Assembly (NCBI GenBank): GCA_937969505.1
Contig: CALBWA010000010.1
Span: 11,184 to 75,183 of the forward strand
Direction: 5' to 3'
DNA: 64,000 nucleotides
Source: an uncultured Erythrobacter sp.
GTDB lineage: Bacteria; Pseudomonadota; Alphaproteobacteria; Sphingomonadales; Sphingomonadaceae
Made by a program: the position numbers and the translations under genes. A model generated the notes under the pieces. That model saw nothing but the letters and a program-made list of their open reading frames with translations. It made no database searches and was not told the DNA's origin. Positions 1 through 8,687 of the stretch are shown piece by piece. How positions within the stretch are numbered: position 1 is the stretch's first letter; the number at the start of each line of letters is the position of its first letter.

Positions 1-1
1 T

Positions 2-475
2 GCCACTGGCGTCGACGGGAAACGGGAACGCATCAGCCAATTGAGCGGCGCGGATGAAGTGATCGTGGCCAAGGGACGCTTTCGCGAACACATCGCCGAG
101 ATCACCGACGATGCGCTTTGCGACATTGTGTTTGATCCCGTTGGAGGCAACACCTTTGACGAGAGCACGCGATGCGTCGCCTTTGCCGGCAAGCTGATTG
201 TGGTTGGCTTCACCAGCGGACGGATTGCGGAAATCGCGACCAACATTCCGCTAATCAAGGGTTTTTCGATCGTCGGCTTGCGAGCCGGGGAATACGCTCG
301 CCGCTTTCCAGACCGCGGCGCCGCAATCACTCATTCTATCGCCAGATTGGCTGAGGAAGGCCGGATCAGGCCGGCGATCGACCGCACCCTGCCCCTCAGC
401 CAATGGCGCGAGGGCTTCGAGGCGATGGCCAATCGCGAACTGGTTGGCAAAGTGGTGTTTTTACCCGGAAGCTGA
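2..475 (+). CDS. NADPH:quinone oxidoreductase / zeta-crystallin-like MDR family protein (5'-truncated by window edge)
   Basis: Frame is open from base 2. The C-terminus (DIVFDPVGG, GKLIVVGFTSG, KGFSIVG, GKVV) is typical of MDR quinone reductases. Confidence 0.8.
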   Translation, partial: ATGVDGKRERISQLSGADEVIVAKGRFREHIAEITDDALCDIVFDPVGGNTFDESTRCVAFAGKLIVVGFTSGRIAEIATNIPLIKGFSIVGLRAGEYARRFPDRGAAITHSIARLAEEGRIRPAIDRTLPLSQWREGFEAMANRELVGKVVFLPGS

Positions 476-477
476 AG

Positions 478-1038
478 CTATCCCAGCAGGACAAATCCGA
501 TGAAGGCGACCAGACCAACCACACTGCTGGAAATGGTCAGCTTGCGCAGAGCCTTCACTTGCAGGCCCATCACGATACCGCTGGCTACCAGCAGGAATAG
601 GACCGCGGCCAACATGCTCGCGTAGACTTTGAAGTATGTGCTGCCCTTGGCCTTGTGCAATTGCACCAACCAGCGGTGCAGGCTGGCTTCCTTGACCGCC
701 ACTTCGGCCACCATGGGGTCATCGGTCGCCTTGACGCTGACTTCGGAACGCGCTCCGGTCCATGCCAGAGCTTGATCGGCGCCCTCGCCGTTCAAAGCTT
801 CCGTGCCACTGGGAATGGCCACATCCTGTTCGAGCAAAACCTGCACGGCCAGCGAGGTCAGATCACCCTGGGTTTGATTCTCGAAAGGCTGCGAAAGCGG
901 CACTTCATAGCTACTCTCGTACCACTCGCCCTTATTGCCCCATGTGTAGAGCGCACCGGTGATGAGGAACATCAGCACAGCTGGAAACATGAAGGCGGCA
1001 AATGCCAAGTGAAGTTTGGTAAGAAGAGTGCGGCTCAC
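478..1038 (-). CDS. PepSY-associated TM helix membrane protein
   Basis: N-terminal LTKLHL..FLITG TM segment and C-terminal LVQLHKAKG followed by TM helices. Start at GTG 1038 (or 1059) is uncertain. Confidence 0.65.
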   Translation of the reverse strand: MSRTLLTKLHLAFAAFMFPAVLMFLITGALYTWGNKGEWYESSYEVPLSQPFENQTQGDLTSLAVQVLLEQDVAIPSGTEALNGEGADQALAWTGARSEVSVKATDDPMVAEVAVKEASLHRWLVQLHKAKGSTYFKVYASMLAAVLFLLVASGIVMGLQVKALRKLTISSSVVGLVAFIGFVLLG

Positions 1039-1125
1039 GATGACAATCCAGTCGTCCAAATTTTGAGAATGGTTCGCATTAATGCATTTTGACCCTCTGC
1101 CAAAGGGTTTCTCGTCAATCCCACG

Positions 1126-1151
1126 AAAAAGGACGACCCAAGCGGGTCGCC
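1126..1151 (-). terminator. Rho-independent terminator of the F0 atp operon
   Basis: Minus strand reads GGCGACCC-GCTT-GGGTCGTCC-TTTTT, just after the atpF stop. Confidence 0.75.
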
Positions 1152-1178
1152 CAATATAATTTCAACCTGAAAGACACA

Positions 1179-1754
1179 TCAGATCGAGGCGATCACCTCG
1201 TCTGCCAGCTTGGCACTTGCCTCGGCATCGACTTTTTCCGCAATCAGCTTGCGAGACGCAGCGGTTGCTGCCTTGGCCGCATTGGCCCGAACTTCCGCGA
1301 TCGCATCGCGCTCGGCAGCGGCAATCTTGTCTTCGGCCATGCGTTTGCGCCGTTCGACCATCGCCTTGCTGTCGGCTTCTGCCTTCTCAAGGATGGTGTC
1401 AGCCTCACGCTGGGCGCCCAGCAACATGGCTTCGGCATCGCGTTCTGCACTGCCGATCTTCGCGGCATACTCGTTGCGCAGATCTTCTGCCTCGGCCCGC
1501 AAAGCTTTCGCTTCGTCAAGCTGCTGCTTGATCTCAGCGATCTTGTTGTCGAGCCCGCCCGTGATCAGGCCGGGAACTTTCTTCCACACCATGATCAGGA
1601 TGAGCACCAGCATGGCGACCGATACCCACTGATAGGGTGCCAGCCACAAAGCTGTCGGATCAACAATCTTCGCCGCATCCGCGCCAACTTCAGCAGCAGC
1701 TTCGGTTGCAACCTGAGCCGCTTCGGTTGCGATAACTGTGGGCGCATTAGACAT
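1179..1754 (-). CDS. atpF: F0F1 ATP synthase subunit b
   Basis: Single TM segment (WVSVAMLVLILIMVWKKVP) followed by a coiled coil (LDNKIAEIKQQLDEA). Last gene of the F0 operon. Confidence 0.93.
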   Translation of the reverse strand: MSNAPTVIATEAAQVATEAAAEVGADAAKIVDPTALWLAPYQWVSVAMLVLILIMVWKKVPGLITGGLDNKIAEIKQQLDEAKALRAEAEDLRNEYAAKIGSAERDAEAMLLGAQREADTILEKAEADSKAMVERRKRMAEDKIAAAERDAIAEVRANAAKAATAASRKLIAEKVDAEASAKLADEVIASI

Positions 1755-2241
1755 TGGACAATGCCTCCTTCACCGCAGCCTTGGCCGCTGGCTTGGTTAC
1801 TTTGGCACCAGCCAGACGCGCCACGATGTCTTGCGTTGCTTCTGCGGCAACCGCCTCGACTTCGGTCATGGCGTCTTTCTGGGCTTCGGCAATCCGCAAT
1901 TCCGCATCGGCCAGCTTCTTGTCGAGACGCTTTTGCGCCGCGGCAATCTTCTTTTCCGACTTGGCCGCACCTTCGGCCTTCGCCTTGGCAATCACGGCTT
2001 GGGCGGCCGCACGATTTTCATTCTCGCGCTTGCGCCATGCCTCTTCCTGATCATCAGCTGCATCGCGGGCAGCCTGGGCTGCAGCGAGGTCGTCTGCGAT
2101 CTGTTTGTCACGCATGGCCACAGTATCCATGATCTTGGGCACCATCCCTCTTCCGATGAAGAAGAAGGTGATCCCGAAGAAAATCAGCACCCAGAAAATC
2201 TGACTGGTTGTGAATGCGTCGAGTTGATCAATTTGAGGCAT
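1747..2241 (-). CDS. atpG: F0F1 ATP synthase subunit b'
   Basis: MPQIDQL..SQIFW N-terminus typical of b', one TM segment and a coiled coil. Symbol follows the alphaproteobacterial b' naming (also atpF2/atpX), not the F1 gamma subunit. Confidence 0.88.
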   Translation of the reverse strand: MPQIDQLDAFTTSQIFWVLIFFGITFFFIGRGMVPKIMDTVAMRDKQIADDLAAAQAARDAADDQEEAWRKRENENRAAAQAVIAKAKAEGAAKSEKKIAAAQKRLDKKLADAELRIAEAQKDAMTEVEAVAAEATQDIVARLAGAKVTKPAAKAAVKEALSNV

Positions 2242-2267
2242 GCGATCCTGTCCGGTGCATCAATTCA

Positions 2268-2312
2268 AGAAAACAAAGAGCCCGGCGGCCAGACACAGTC
2301 CAGCAGCCGGGC
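2268..2312 (-). terminator. Hairpin with U-rich tail between atpE and atpF'
   Basis: GCCCGGC (2280-2286) pairs with GCCGGGC (2306-2312); the minus strand continues TCTTTGTTTTCTT. Confidence 0.55.
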
Positions 2313-2326
2313 CTTCGCAATATGTG

Positions 2327-2554
2327 TCAGGCGACGAAGATAAGGATCATCGCAACAACAAACGCCAGCAGGCCGAGAAGTTCGGCGGCGGCGAAGCCGA
2401 TGAACAGGCGACCCTGCTGGCCGTCTGCGGCACCTGGGTTGCGAAGCGCGCTCTCAAGGAACGAGCCGAATACGTTACCCACGCCGATGGCGGCCATACC
2501 GGCGCCGATTGCTGCAAGGCCTGCGCCTACGAGCTTGGCTGCTTCTGCTTCCAT
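2327..2554 (-). CDS. atpE: F0F1 ATP synthase subunit c
   Basis: 75 aa with two TM helices, a GxGxxxIG motif, RNP loop and the conserved Glu in FAAAELLG. Confidence 0.97.
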   Translation of the reverse strand: MEAEAAKLVGAGLAAIGAGMAAIGVGNVFGSFLESALRNPGAADGQQGRLFIGFAAAELLGLLAFVVAMILIFVA

Positions 2555-2605
2555 TAGAAAAACTCCTTTAAGTAAATTCTGTAGTGTTAATTGAACGGTC
2601 GAAAA

Positions 2606-3394
2606 TCAGTGAAGGTGCTCTGCATCGTTGATGTACAGCGATGTCAGCAGAGCGAAAACATAGGCCTGGATCCCGGCGACCAAGATTTCCAGCGCGCTGA
2701 TGCCGATCATCAGCAGGAAGCTGGGAACGCTGACCAATGCCGCGATGCCAGCGCCTGCGTTGATGCCATTGATGACAAAGCTGGAAAGCACCTTGAGCAG
2801 GACGTGACCGGCCATCATCGCCACAAACAGTCGCAAGGCGAGGCTGAACGGGCGGATGAGGAATGAGAAGAATTCAATCAGCGCAATCGCCGGCACCATC
2901 GGCAGCGGGGTGCCGTGTGGCACAAACAGGCTGAAGAACTTGAACCCGTGCTTCCAGAAACCAACGACCAGTACAATCGAGAAGCTGATCACGGCGAGCA
3001 CGCCTGTTACGGTGAAGTGGCTGGTGAAGGTGAACGGGTGCACCCCGACCACGCCCAGCGGCAGCAGGCCCAGCAGGTTTGCGAAAAGGATGAACATGAA
3101 CAGGCTGAAGATATAAGGCACATATTTGCGCCCTTCCTTGCCCACATTTGCCTCCAGCATATCGTCGATGAAGCCGGTAAAGCTTTCCACCGCCATCTGC
3201 CAGCGTCCCGGCACGAGCTGACGCTTCATGCCGCCAGCCACAAACACCCACAACAGGATGGTGGTGACCAGCATCCACATCGCAGAATTGGTGAATGCAA
3301 TATTGAAACCCGCAAGCTCCCAGCTTTCCGAACCGAAGATGGGTTCGATGGTAAACTGGTGCATCGGATCGACTTTGCCCTGTTCGGCTGCCAC
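2606..3394 (-). CDS. atpB: F0F1 ATP synthase subunit a
   Basis: Motifs RPFSLALRLF..M.AGH and LEILVAGIQAYVF. Confidence 0.97.
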   Translation of the reverse strand: MAAEQGKVDPMHQFTIEPIFGSESWELAGFNIAFTNSAMWMLVTTILLWVFVAGGMKRQLVPGRWQMAVESFTGFIDDMLEANVGKEGRKYVPYIFSLFMFILFANLLGLLPLGVVGVHPFTFTSHFTVTGVLAVISFSIVLVVGFWKHGFKFFSLFVPHGTPLPMVPAIALIEFFSFLIRPFSLALRLFVAMMAGHVLLKVLSSFVINGINAGAGIAALVSVPSFLLMIGISALEILVAGIQAYVFALLTSLYINDAEHLH

Positions 3395-3443
3395 GATCGC
3401 TTGGTCCCTAAGCCTAATTCAATGAAACGCGCCCGTCACAACC

Positions 3444-3770
3444 CTATTCAGGATCATCTGGCCGCGTGTTTGCTGCGCGAATAATGTTCCTGAAGGCAAC
3501 CACTATTCCAACGAACAGCATTACCAACAGACCCCAGGGCGAAGTACCGGCAAAATAGTCAATCGACCAACCGATAACCAAACCGCCGAGAATACCGCCA
3601 AGCAAATCCGCCAGGACCCGGTTACCACTGCGATAATTCGCATCGGTACCCTTTACCTGCGGCTGGTTGCGTTGATCTTCCCGCTCGCGTGCGGCCTTGA
3701 GCCGCTCCTCGAGCGCATCGATCCTCGCATCCTCAGCGATGGGTTCCCGTGCGGGCTTCTTATCGCTCAT
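3444..3770 (-). CDS. atpI: AtpZ/AtpI family protein
   Basis: Two TM helices with G..IDYFAGTSPWGLL; first gene of the F0 operon. Start taken at MSDKK. Confidence 0.85.
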   Translation of the reverse strand: MSDKKPAREPIAEDARIDALEERLKAAREREDQRNQPQVKGTDANYRSGNRVLADLLGGILGGLVIGWSIDYFAGTSPWGLLVMLFVGIVVAFRNIIRAANTRPDDPE

Positions 3771-3936
3771 GTCAGGCTCCTGTTCAAAGGGATGCACGAC
3801 ACGGGCGAAAGGTGCCCGCCGAGGGCGCCGCTCCCTTAGGCGGGGGGCAATTTCGAGTCAACCGGTGGTGCAGCTTTTCGCTCGGAATATTGGCCGATGC
3901 TGCCCGGCTCTGTTGATCGCGTTTACCGCATGCCGA

Positions 3937-4326
3937 TCAGGGACAGCGTGGATCGCGCAGGGGAGCAGCCGCCGTGCGGGTCTGCCAGCTGCCGTCGGGT
4001 GCCTGGTACTTTTCGCCCGCCACGGTGCGTGCAATCGCCTCACACCCTGCAGTCAGAGCGTATTCTTCCAGAGTTGCCTGGGCTGCCTGCGCACGCTGGG
4101 CATAGACCGCTCGGCGCTTGATATTGATGTCATTGACCAGGCGTTTCAGATCGGGCGTTTCTGCACCGACAATCCCCAGATATCCGTCCATCTTTTCGCC
4201 CACCTGGCCGCTGGAGCGCGCCTGCGAATAGGCGGGGTCACGTTGAGCGTAGGCTGTCCCGGCAAGGCCAGTGACCGCCAGGGCACCAATACCTGTCAGG
4301 AGAGCGAGTTTGCGAAGCTTGATCAT
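3937..4326 (-). CDS. ydbL: YdbL family (DUF1318) periplasmic protein
   Basis: Signal peptide, GQVGEKMDGYLG, INIKRRAVY and YQAPDGSW motifs; lies after ynbE. Confidence 0.85.
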   Translation of the reverse strand: MIKLRKLALLTGIGALAVTGLAGTAYAQRDPAYSQARSSGQVGEKMDGYLGIVGAETPDLKRLVNDINIKRRAVYAQRAQAAQATLEEYALTAGCEAIARTVAGEKYQAPDGSWQTRTAAAPLRDPRCP

Positions 4327-4386
4327 TGTAATTTGCCTTTTGTCACTGGGTCAGACCCCATTGCACTGGACCGGACTGGCCCGACA

Positions 4387-4569
4387 TCAGAAGATATCTG
4401 CGTTATCATCAATGGTGCTGGCTGCATCTTCAGCCAGACGATAAATCACTTCCTGCCGGATATTGATGTTCAACTCGATCACGATCGGGTCATCAGGTGC
4501 GCTCACATTAATGCACCCGGCAACCAAACCTGTAACCACCATCAATCCCAGAGCGCCGATGTGTCGCAT
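4387..4569 (-). CDS. ynbE: YnbE family lipoprotein
   Basis: Lipobox LVAGC followed by I.V.APDDPIVIELNINIRQEV. An alternative start at 4656 overlaps the ydbH stop. Confidence 0.85.
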   Translation of the reverse strand: MRHIGALGLMVVTGLVAGCINVSAPDDPIVIELNINIRQEVIYRLAEDAASTIDDNADIF

Positions 4570-4652
4570 GCCTACCCCCGTTGCGCTCCTGCGGTAAGGA
4601 GCTGCGGCGTAAACTGTGGCACTGGCGCGCGGGCCGGTCAATTGGTCTGGCG

Positions 4653-7600
4653 TCATGGCATGTTCTCGCTTTCCTGCGTCTGAATGGGTGGTTCATCTGG
4701 AATGAAATCTTCGGGTCGCACCGCCGGGGCCTGTGGCACCGTGGGCGCGGCAGTCCCCTGCCCGTCGGCCCCCACCAACCCGACATCGCGTGGGTCCTTG
4801 ATGTAGGCTGGGTCATAAAGCGACTTCATCTGGGTGATAAGCTGGTAGAATTGCGACCGGATATTGACGTTGAAGCGGATTGGCAGACGGGCAATCCGCC
4901 GGGTGATGATATTGGAGCTGGCCCCCTCACCCTGCTGCACGCCATCAAACCGGACCTTTGTGACGATTTCGCCGGTCAGCGATCCTTCCATCCCGATGCT
5001 CATCTGGCTGTAGTTGAGTGACCGCAGCGATTCGAAGGCGAAGTTGGCCATCGCGGACAAGTCTTCATAGGTCAGCTCGCCGACGTATGAGACATTGCCG
5101 CCCGGCGCACGCGAGACCAGCAGGCCGTTTTCGATCCGGCCATTGCCAGCAGCGTCGAACACAATCGGGATAGCGCCATCAAACAGGCCGGTGGCGCTGA
5201 TATTGGCAAGATCGAACTCCGACACAAATACCGCAGCATCAAGACCGATCATCTCGAAAATGTAACGCCGTTCTTCCTCGGCGCCGATCTGCATATCGAC
5301 CGGCTGCATGACCAATTGCCCGCCCATGAAAGGCCATGAGCCACCATTGACAGCAAGAAACTCGCCGCCGGTTAGAGCAAATTGCACTTCGCCATCAAGC
5401 ACTTCGATCCCCGGATTGACTGACGCGATGGAAATGGTCTGGTCAGGCGCGGTCGTAAGCGCCAGAAGGTCGGTGAATTCAACCGTGCCGCTGGCCCCGC
5501 GAACCGGGCCAAAGGCGGCCGCAAAGTCCAGCCCGTCACTCGAAAACGCGCCGCTGCTGGTAATGGTGTCACCTGCCCAGGTGATTTCACCGGCCCCGCT
5601 AACCTCTCCCTCGACCAGAGCAATCACACCCTTTGCATTGTTGGTTAGCTGCTCAGGCTGCAGCTGATCATCAAACCGCAGCCCGTCCACGTTGATATCC
5701 GCCCGGCCTGCCGAAGTTTCCAGGTTGTGAGCAACAGTGACGCGGGTGACGACGCGGTCGCTTTCGGGATTACGCAGAGTGGCAAGCGCAGTGATCTGAC
5801 TGTCGGCAAGCGACAATGTCGCATCGCGCGCAATTAGCGGCTCAAAGCGAGCTTCTGTCTGGCGATCGATCAGACGGAAAGCACCATCGCTGAGCGACAG
5901 GACGCCGTCAGTCAGTGTCCAATTGCCTTGCGCATCCATGATGTCGAGCGGGACCTGCTCCAATTGCACATCGGCATCGTCGAAGCGTCCGCCGATAATA
6001 TTACCGAAGGTTGCATCAAGCTCGCTTAGGGTGAAGCGGCTGGTAGTTCCCGCAGGACCAAGTTTCACATCAATCTCTCGCGCCACCATAACGCCGGGAT
6101 AGGCAAAACCAACGGCGCCAGTGCTCAGCGCAATGGGCGTCTCACCCAGGCTTCCGGTAAGGTCGAGGCCAGGCGTCCCCGCCGATATTTGCAGCCCTGC
6201 GTTCCCCACCGCAACAATTGCACCGCCACTTTGCGGACATAACGTCAAACCATTCTGCTCGAGCGTGAGATTGGCCAATACCAGTCGGTCAAATTGTGCC
6301 CGTGTGCATGATTGCCAGACTGACAGGCCGCTGCGTTGCGTCCAATTCCCGCTTACTGGCAGACGCAGGCGCGACACCGATCCGCCTGCCAGCGGACCGC
6401 TTGCTCGCACCTCTCCAGCAAAACCGATCGCGCCGGAATTGGCTTGCGAGATCGCCAATTCGGGAATGGCCAGAGAGCTGCCCGGAGCCGAATATTCAGC
6501 CATCGCCAGGCGCAGGGCCAGGTTGCCCGAAGCTGTCTGCTCCATCCGCCCGCGGATTTGCGGCAATCCTGCCCCACCCGACCGGATATTGCCGGTGAAG
6601 CGCGGTGTCCCGCTGCCGGCATTGCTGAACTGAATGCGTGACAGGGATAGCAATGCGTCACCGCTGCGTCCTTGGATTATGGCACTGGGAATGGTTGCAG
6701 AGACGATCTCGCCTGTCTTGCGAACCGTCAGATCAGCGGCAAAAGTGCTTCCTTGTTGCTGCGTCTTCAGATTGGTGCGGATCTTGGCGAGGATTGGCTC
6801 CAGCAGGGTCTCACTCACAGCTTCCTGCTGCCCTGTCAAAGCTTCATCCATTGATCGGCCAAGCACAAGGTCGGACCCAGCCAGATTGACCTGCACCTCC
6901 AACCGCCCGAAACCGTCCCGGCCGCGCAAATCGCCTTCGGCCGAAAGGCTGGACATGACAATTTGAGGAGATACCAGCGCGCTAGCGGACAGATCATAAC
7001 GTCCGTTGAACTGGCCATCGCGCCATTGGAAGCGCACATCGCCGTCCAGCTCTTCTACATCGTTGGCAGCAACCGCAAGCCGTCGTGAGGCGAATTCGAT
7101 TTCGGCATCAACGCCTTGCAAATCGGGACCCAAACCAATTTTGGCATCTGCATCGACTTGAGCGAGGGACAATCGGCTGTCAGCACATGCCAGATTACGC
7201 AACCTCAGCGGCCCGGAAAACACCGGCTCACCGCCATCGGTGGTCACACTGCCATAGGCAGAAACCTGTCCGCTGGTGCATCCTTCACCCTCGAATTGCG
7301 GCATGACTGCCGCCATTACGCCGTTGAAACTATCGCTAAGCTGTCCAGCACCATCGGCCTTGATCCCGAGCGGTCCATAATCGGTATCGATCCGCGCCCG
7401 CCCATCGCGCAGCACCAGATCGATATCAGGCAAGCTGGCAGGATCATCGCTTTCAGCAAAAACAATCGGGTCAAGCGCGCCAAAGCTCAATTTGTCGTTT
7501 TGGTAGGTCCCGTAAAGACGTGGATTGATAAGCTTTACCCGGCCAATGGTCGGCGTGCCAAAGCGATAGCGCAGACTAACGATAACCTGATCGACAAGCA

Positions 7601-7901
7601 GATCAGGCCTGGCCGATTCTCCCACCGCCACATTGCTGATGATTTGCTGCTGTGGTCCTATGGATTCGATATCATAAGTGGCCTCAATGCCGTAAGCATC
7701 GAGCTGCTCTGCAATCAAATTGCCGGCGATACGTTCTCTTGAAAACCAGGCGTAGAGCGACCCGGCTAGGATCACGGCCAGAACGAGCAAAGCCCCCTGC
7801 CAGCGGCGTTTTTGCATCCAGCGCCGCGTGGTCAGCGCAGCGTCCGGCTCTGTTTCATCGGCCTCGGCGTGATCGGCCAGCGGTTGATCAGGATGCGACA
7901 T
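4653..7901 (-). CDS. ydbH: YdbH family (AsmA-like) intermembrane bridge protein
   Basis: 1082 aa, N-terminal TM anchor, long beta-rich body, C-terminal PFMGG..GAIP..G.VSY..AFESLRSLNY..NVNI signature; adjacent to ynbE and ydbL. Confidence 0.85.
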   Translation of the reverse strand: MSHPDQPLADHAEADETEPDAALTTRRWMQKRRWQGALLVLAVILAGSLYAWFSRERIAGNLIAEQLDAYGIEATYDIESIGPQQQIISNVAVGESARPDLLVDQVIVSLRYRFGTPTIGRVKLINPRLYGTYQNDKLSFGALDPIVFAESDDPASLPDIDLVLRDGRARIDTDYGPLGIKADGAGQLSDSFNGVMAAVMPQFEGEGCTSGQVSAYGSVTTDGGEPVFSGPLRLRNLACADSRLSLAQVDADAKIGLGPDLQGVDAEIEFASRRLAVAANDVEELDGDVRFQWRDGQFNGRYDLSASALVSPQIVMSSLSAEGDLRGRDGFGRLEVQVNLAGSDLVLGRSMDEALTGQQEAVSETLLEPILAKIRTNLKTQQQGSTFAADLTVRKTGEIVSATIPSAIIQGRSGDALLSLSRIQFSNAGSGTPRFTGNIRSGGAGLPQIRGRMEQTASGNLALRLAMAEYSAPGSSLAIPELAISQANSGAIGFAGEVRASGPLAGGSVSRLRLPVSGNWTQRSGLSVWQSCTRAQFDRLVLANLTLEQNGLTLCPQSGGAIVAVGNAGLQISAGTPGLDLTGSLGETPIALSTGAVGFAYPGVMVAREIDVKLGPAGTTSRFTLSELDATFGNIIGGRFDDADVQLEQVPLDIMDAQGNWTLTDGVLSLSDGAFRLIDRQTEARFEPLIARDATLSLADSQITALATLRNPESDRVVTRVTVAHNLETSAGRADINVDGLRFDDQLQPEQLTNNAKGVIALVEGEVSGAGEITWAGDTITSSGAFSSDGLDFAAAFGPVRGASGTVEFTDLLALTTAPDQTISIASVNPGIEVLDGEVQFALTGGEFLAVNGGSWPFMGGQLVMQPVDMQIGAEEERRYIFEMIGLDAAVFVSEFDLANISATGLFDGAIPIVFDAAGNGRIENGLLVSRAPGGNVSYVGELTYEDLSAMANFAFESLRSLNYSQMSIGMEGSLTGEIVTKVRFDGVQQGEGASSNIITRRIARLPIRFNVNIRSQFYQLITQMKSLYDPAYIKDPRDVGLVGADGQGTAAPTVPQAPAVRPEDFIPDEPPIQTQESENMP

Positions 7902-7967
7902 GCACGGGCACTCTTGCGCCAGCGGCGAGAGAAAGGCAATGCAGTGAACGCGCCGTCGCGCTAGGGG

Positions 7968-8672
7968 TTGCAGTTGTCACAAGACAAGGAAAAACCAGCA
8001 AAACATGCAGGCCAAGGCCATCGCGCGCGCTTGCGCGAAAGGCTGCTTGGCGGCGGACCCGAAGCGCTGGCCGATTATGAGGTGCTGGAATATCTGCTGT
8101 TCGCAGGCATTCGCCAGGGTGATACCAAACCGGTTGCCAAGGCATTGCTTGCTCACTTCGGCACGCTCGCCAACGTGCTCAACGCCGATCCGGGAGCGCT
8201 CCAGCAAGTCAACGGGATTGGCGAGAGCAGCGCCGCTGCGTTAAAAAGCGTGGCGATTGCCGCGCGCCGCATGGCACGTTCGCAAGTCCGAGAAAAGCCG
8301 GTGCTGGGCAGCTGGCAAGCGCTGATCGATTACCTCTCCATCGACATGGCGCATCTCACCGTCGAGCGGGTGCGCATCTTGTATCTGGACACCCGCAACC
8401 GGCTGATTGACGATTTTCATCTTGGTGACGGCTCGATCGACGAGGCGTCCATCCACCCGCGCGAAGTGATCCGCCGGGCTATGGATGTGGGCGCATCGGC
8501 ACTGATTCTGGTGCACAATCACCCCAGCGGCAATCCCGAACCGAGCCAGGCCGATATCCAGGTCACACGCCGGATTGCAGAAGCTGGCCGTCTGCTTGGC
8601 GTGACTGTGCATGACCATGTGATCATCGGATCAGAAGGTCATGTCTCTCTGCGAGCCAAAGGCTTGATCTAG
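7968..8672 (+). CDS. radC: RadC family (JAB domain) protein
   Basis: GHRARLRERLL, a helix-hairpin-helix (VNGIGE), and the JAMM motif HNHPSG.PEPSQAD with VHDHVIIG. Confidence 0.95.
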   Translation: MQLSQDKEKPAKHAGQGHRARLRERLLGGGPEALADYEVLEYLLFAGIRQGDTKPVAKALLAHFGTLANVLNADPGALQQVNGIGESSAAALKSVAIAARRMARSQVREKPVLGSWQALIDYLSIDMAHLTVERVRILYLDTRNRLIDDFHLGDGSIDEASIHPREVIRRAMDVGASALILVHNHPSGNPEPSQADIQVTRRIAEAGRLLGVTVHDHVIIGSEGHVSLRAKGLI

Positions 8673-8687
8673 AGCCCCGTCTGGCAA

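Noticed and set aside
1089-2132. 347-aa plus-strand ORF and other long ORFs opposite real genes (e.g. 3697-4683, 19266-20474, 23696-24826, 24577-25584, 46981-47982)
   Set aside because: They are antisense shadows of well-supported genes in GC-rich DNA and carry no recognisable motifs.
2327-2554. Na+-coupled ATP synthase
   Set aside because: Subunit c lacks the Gln and the Ser/Thr next to the Glu that mark Na+ binding, so it is most likely H+-coupled.
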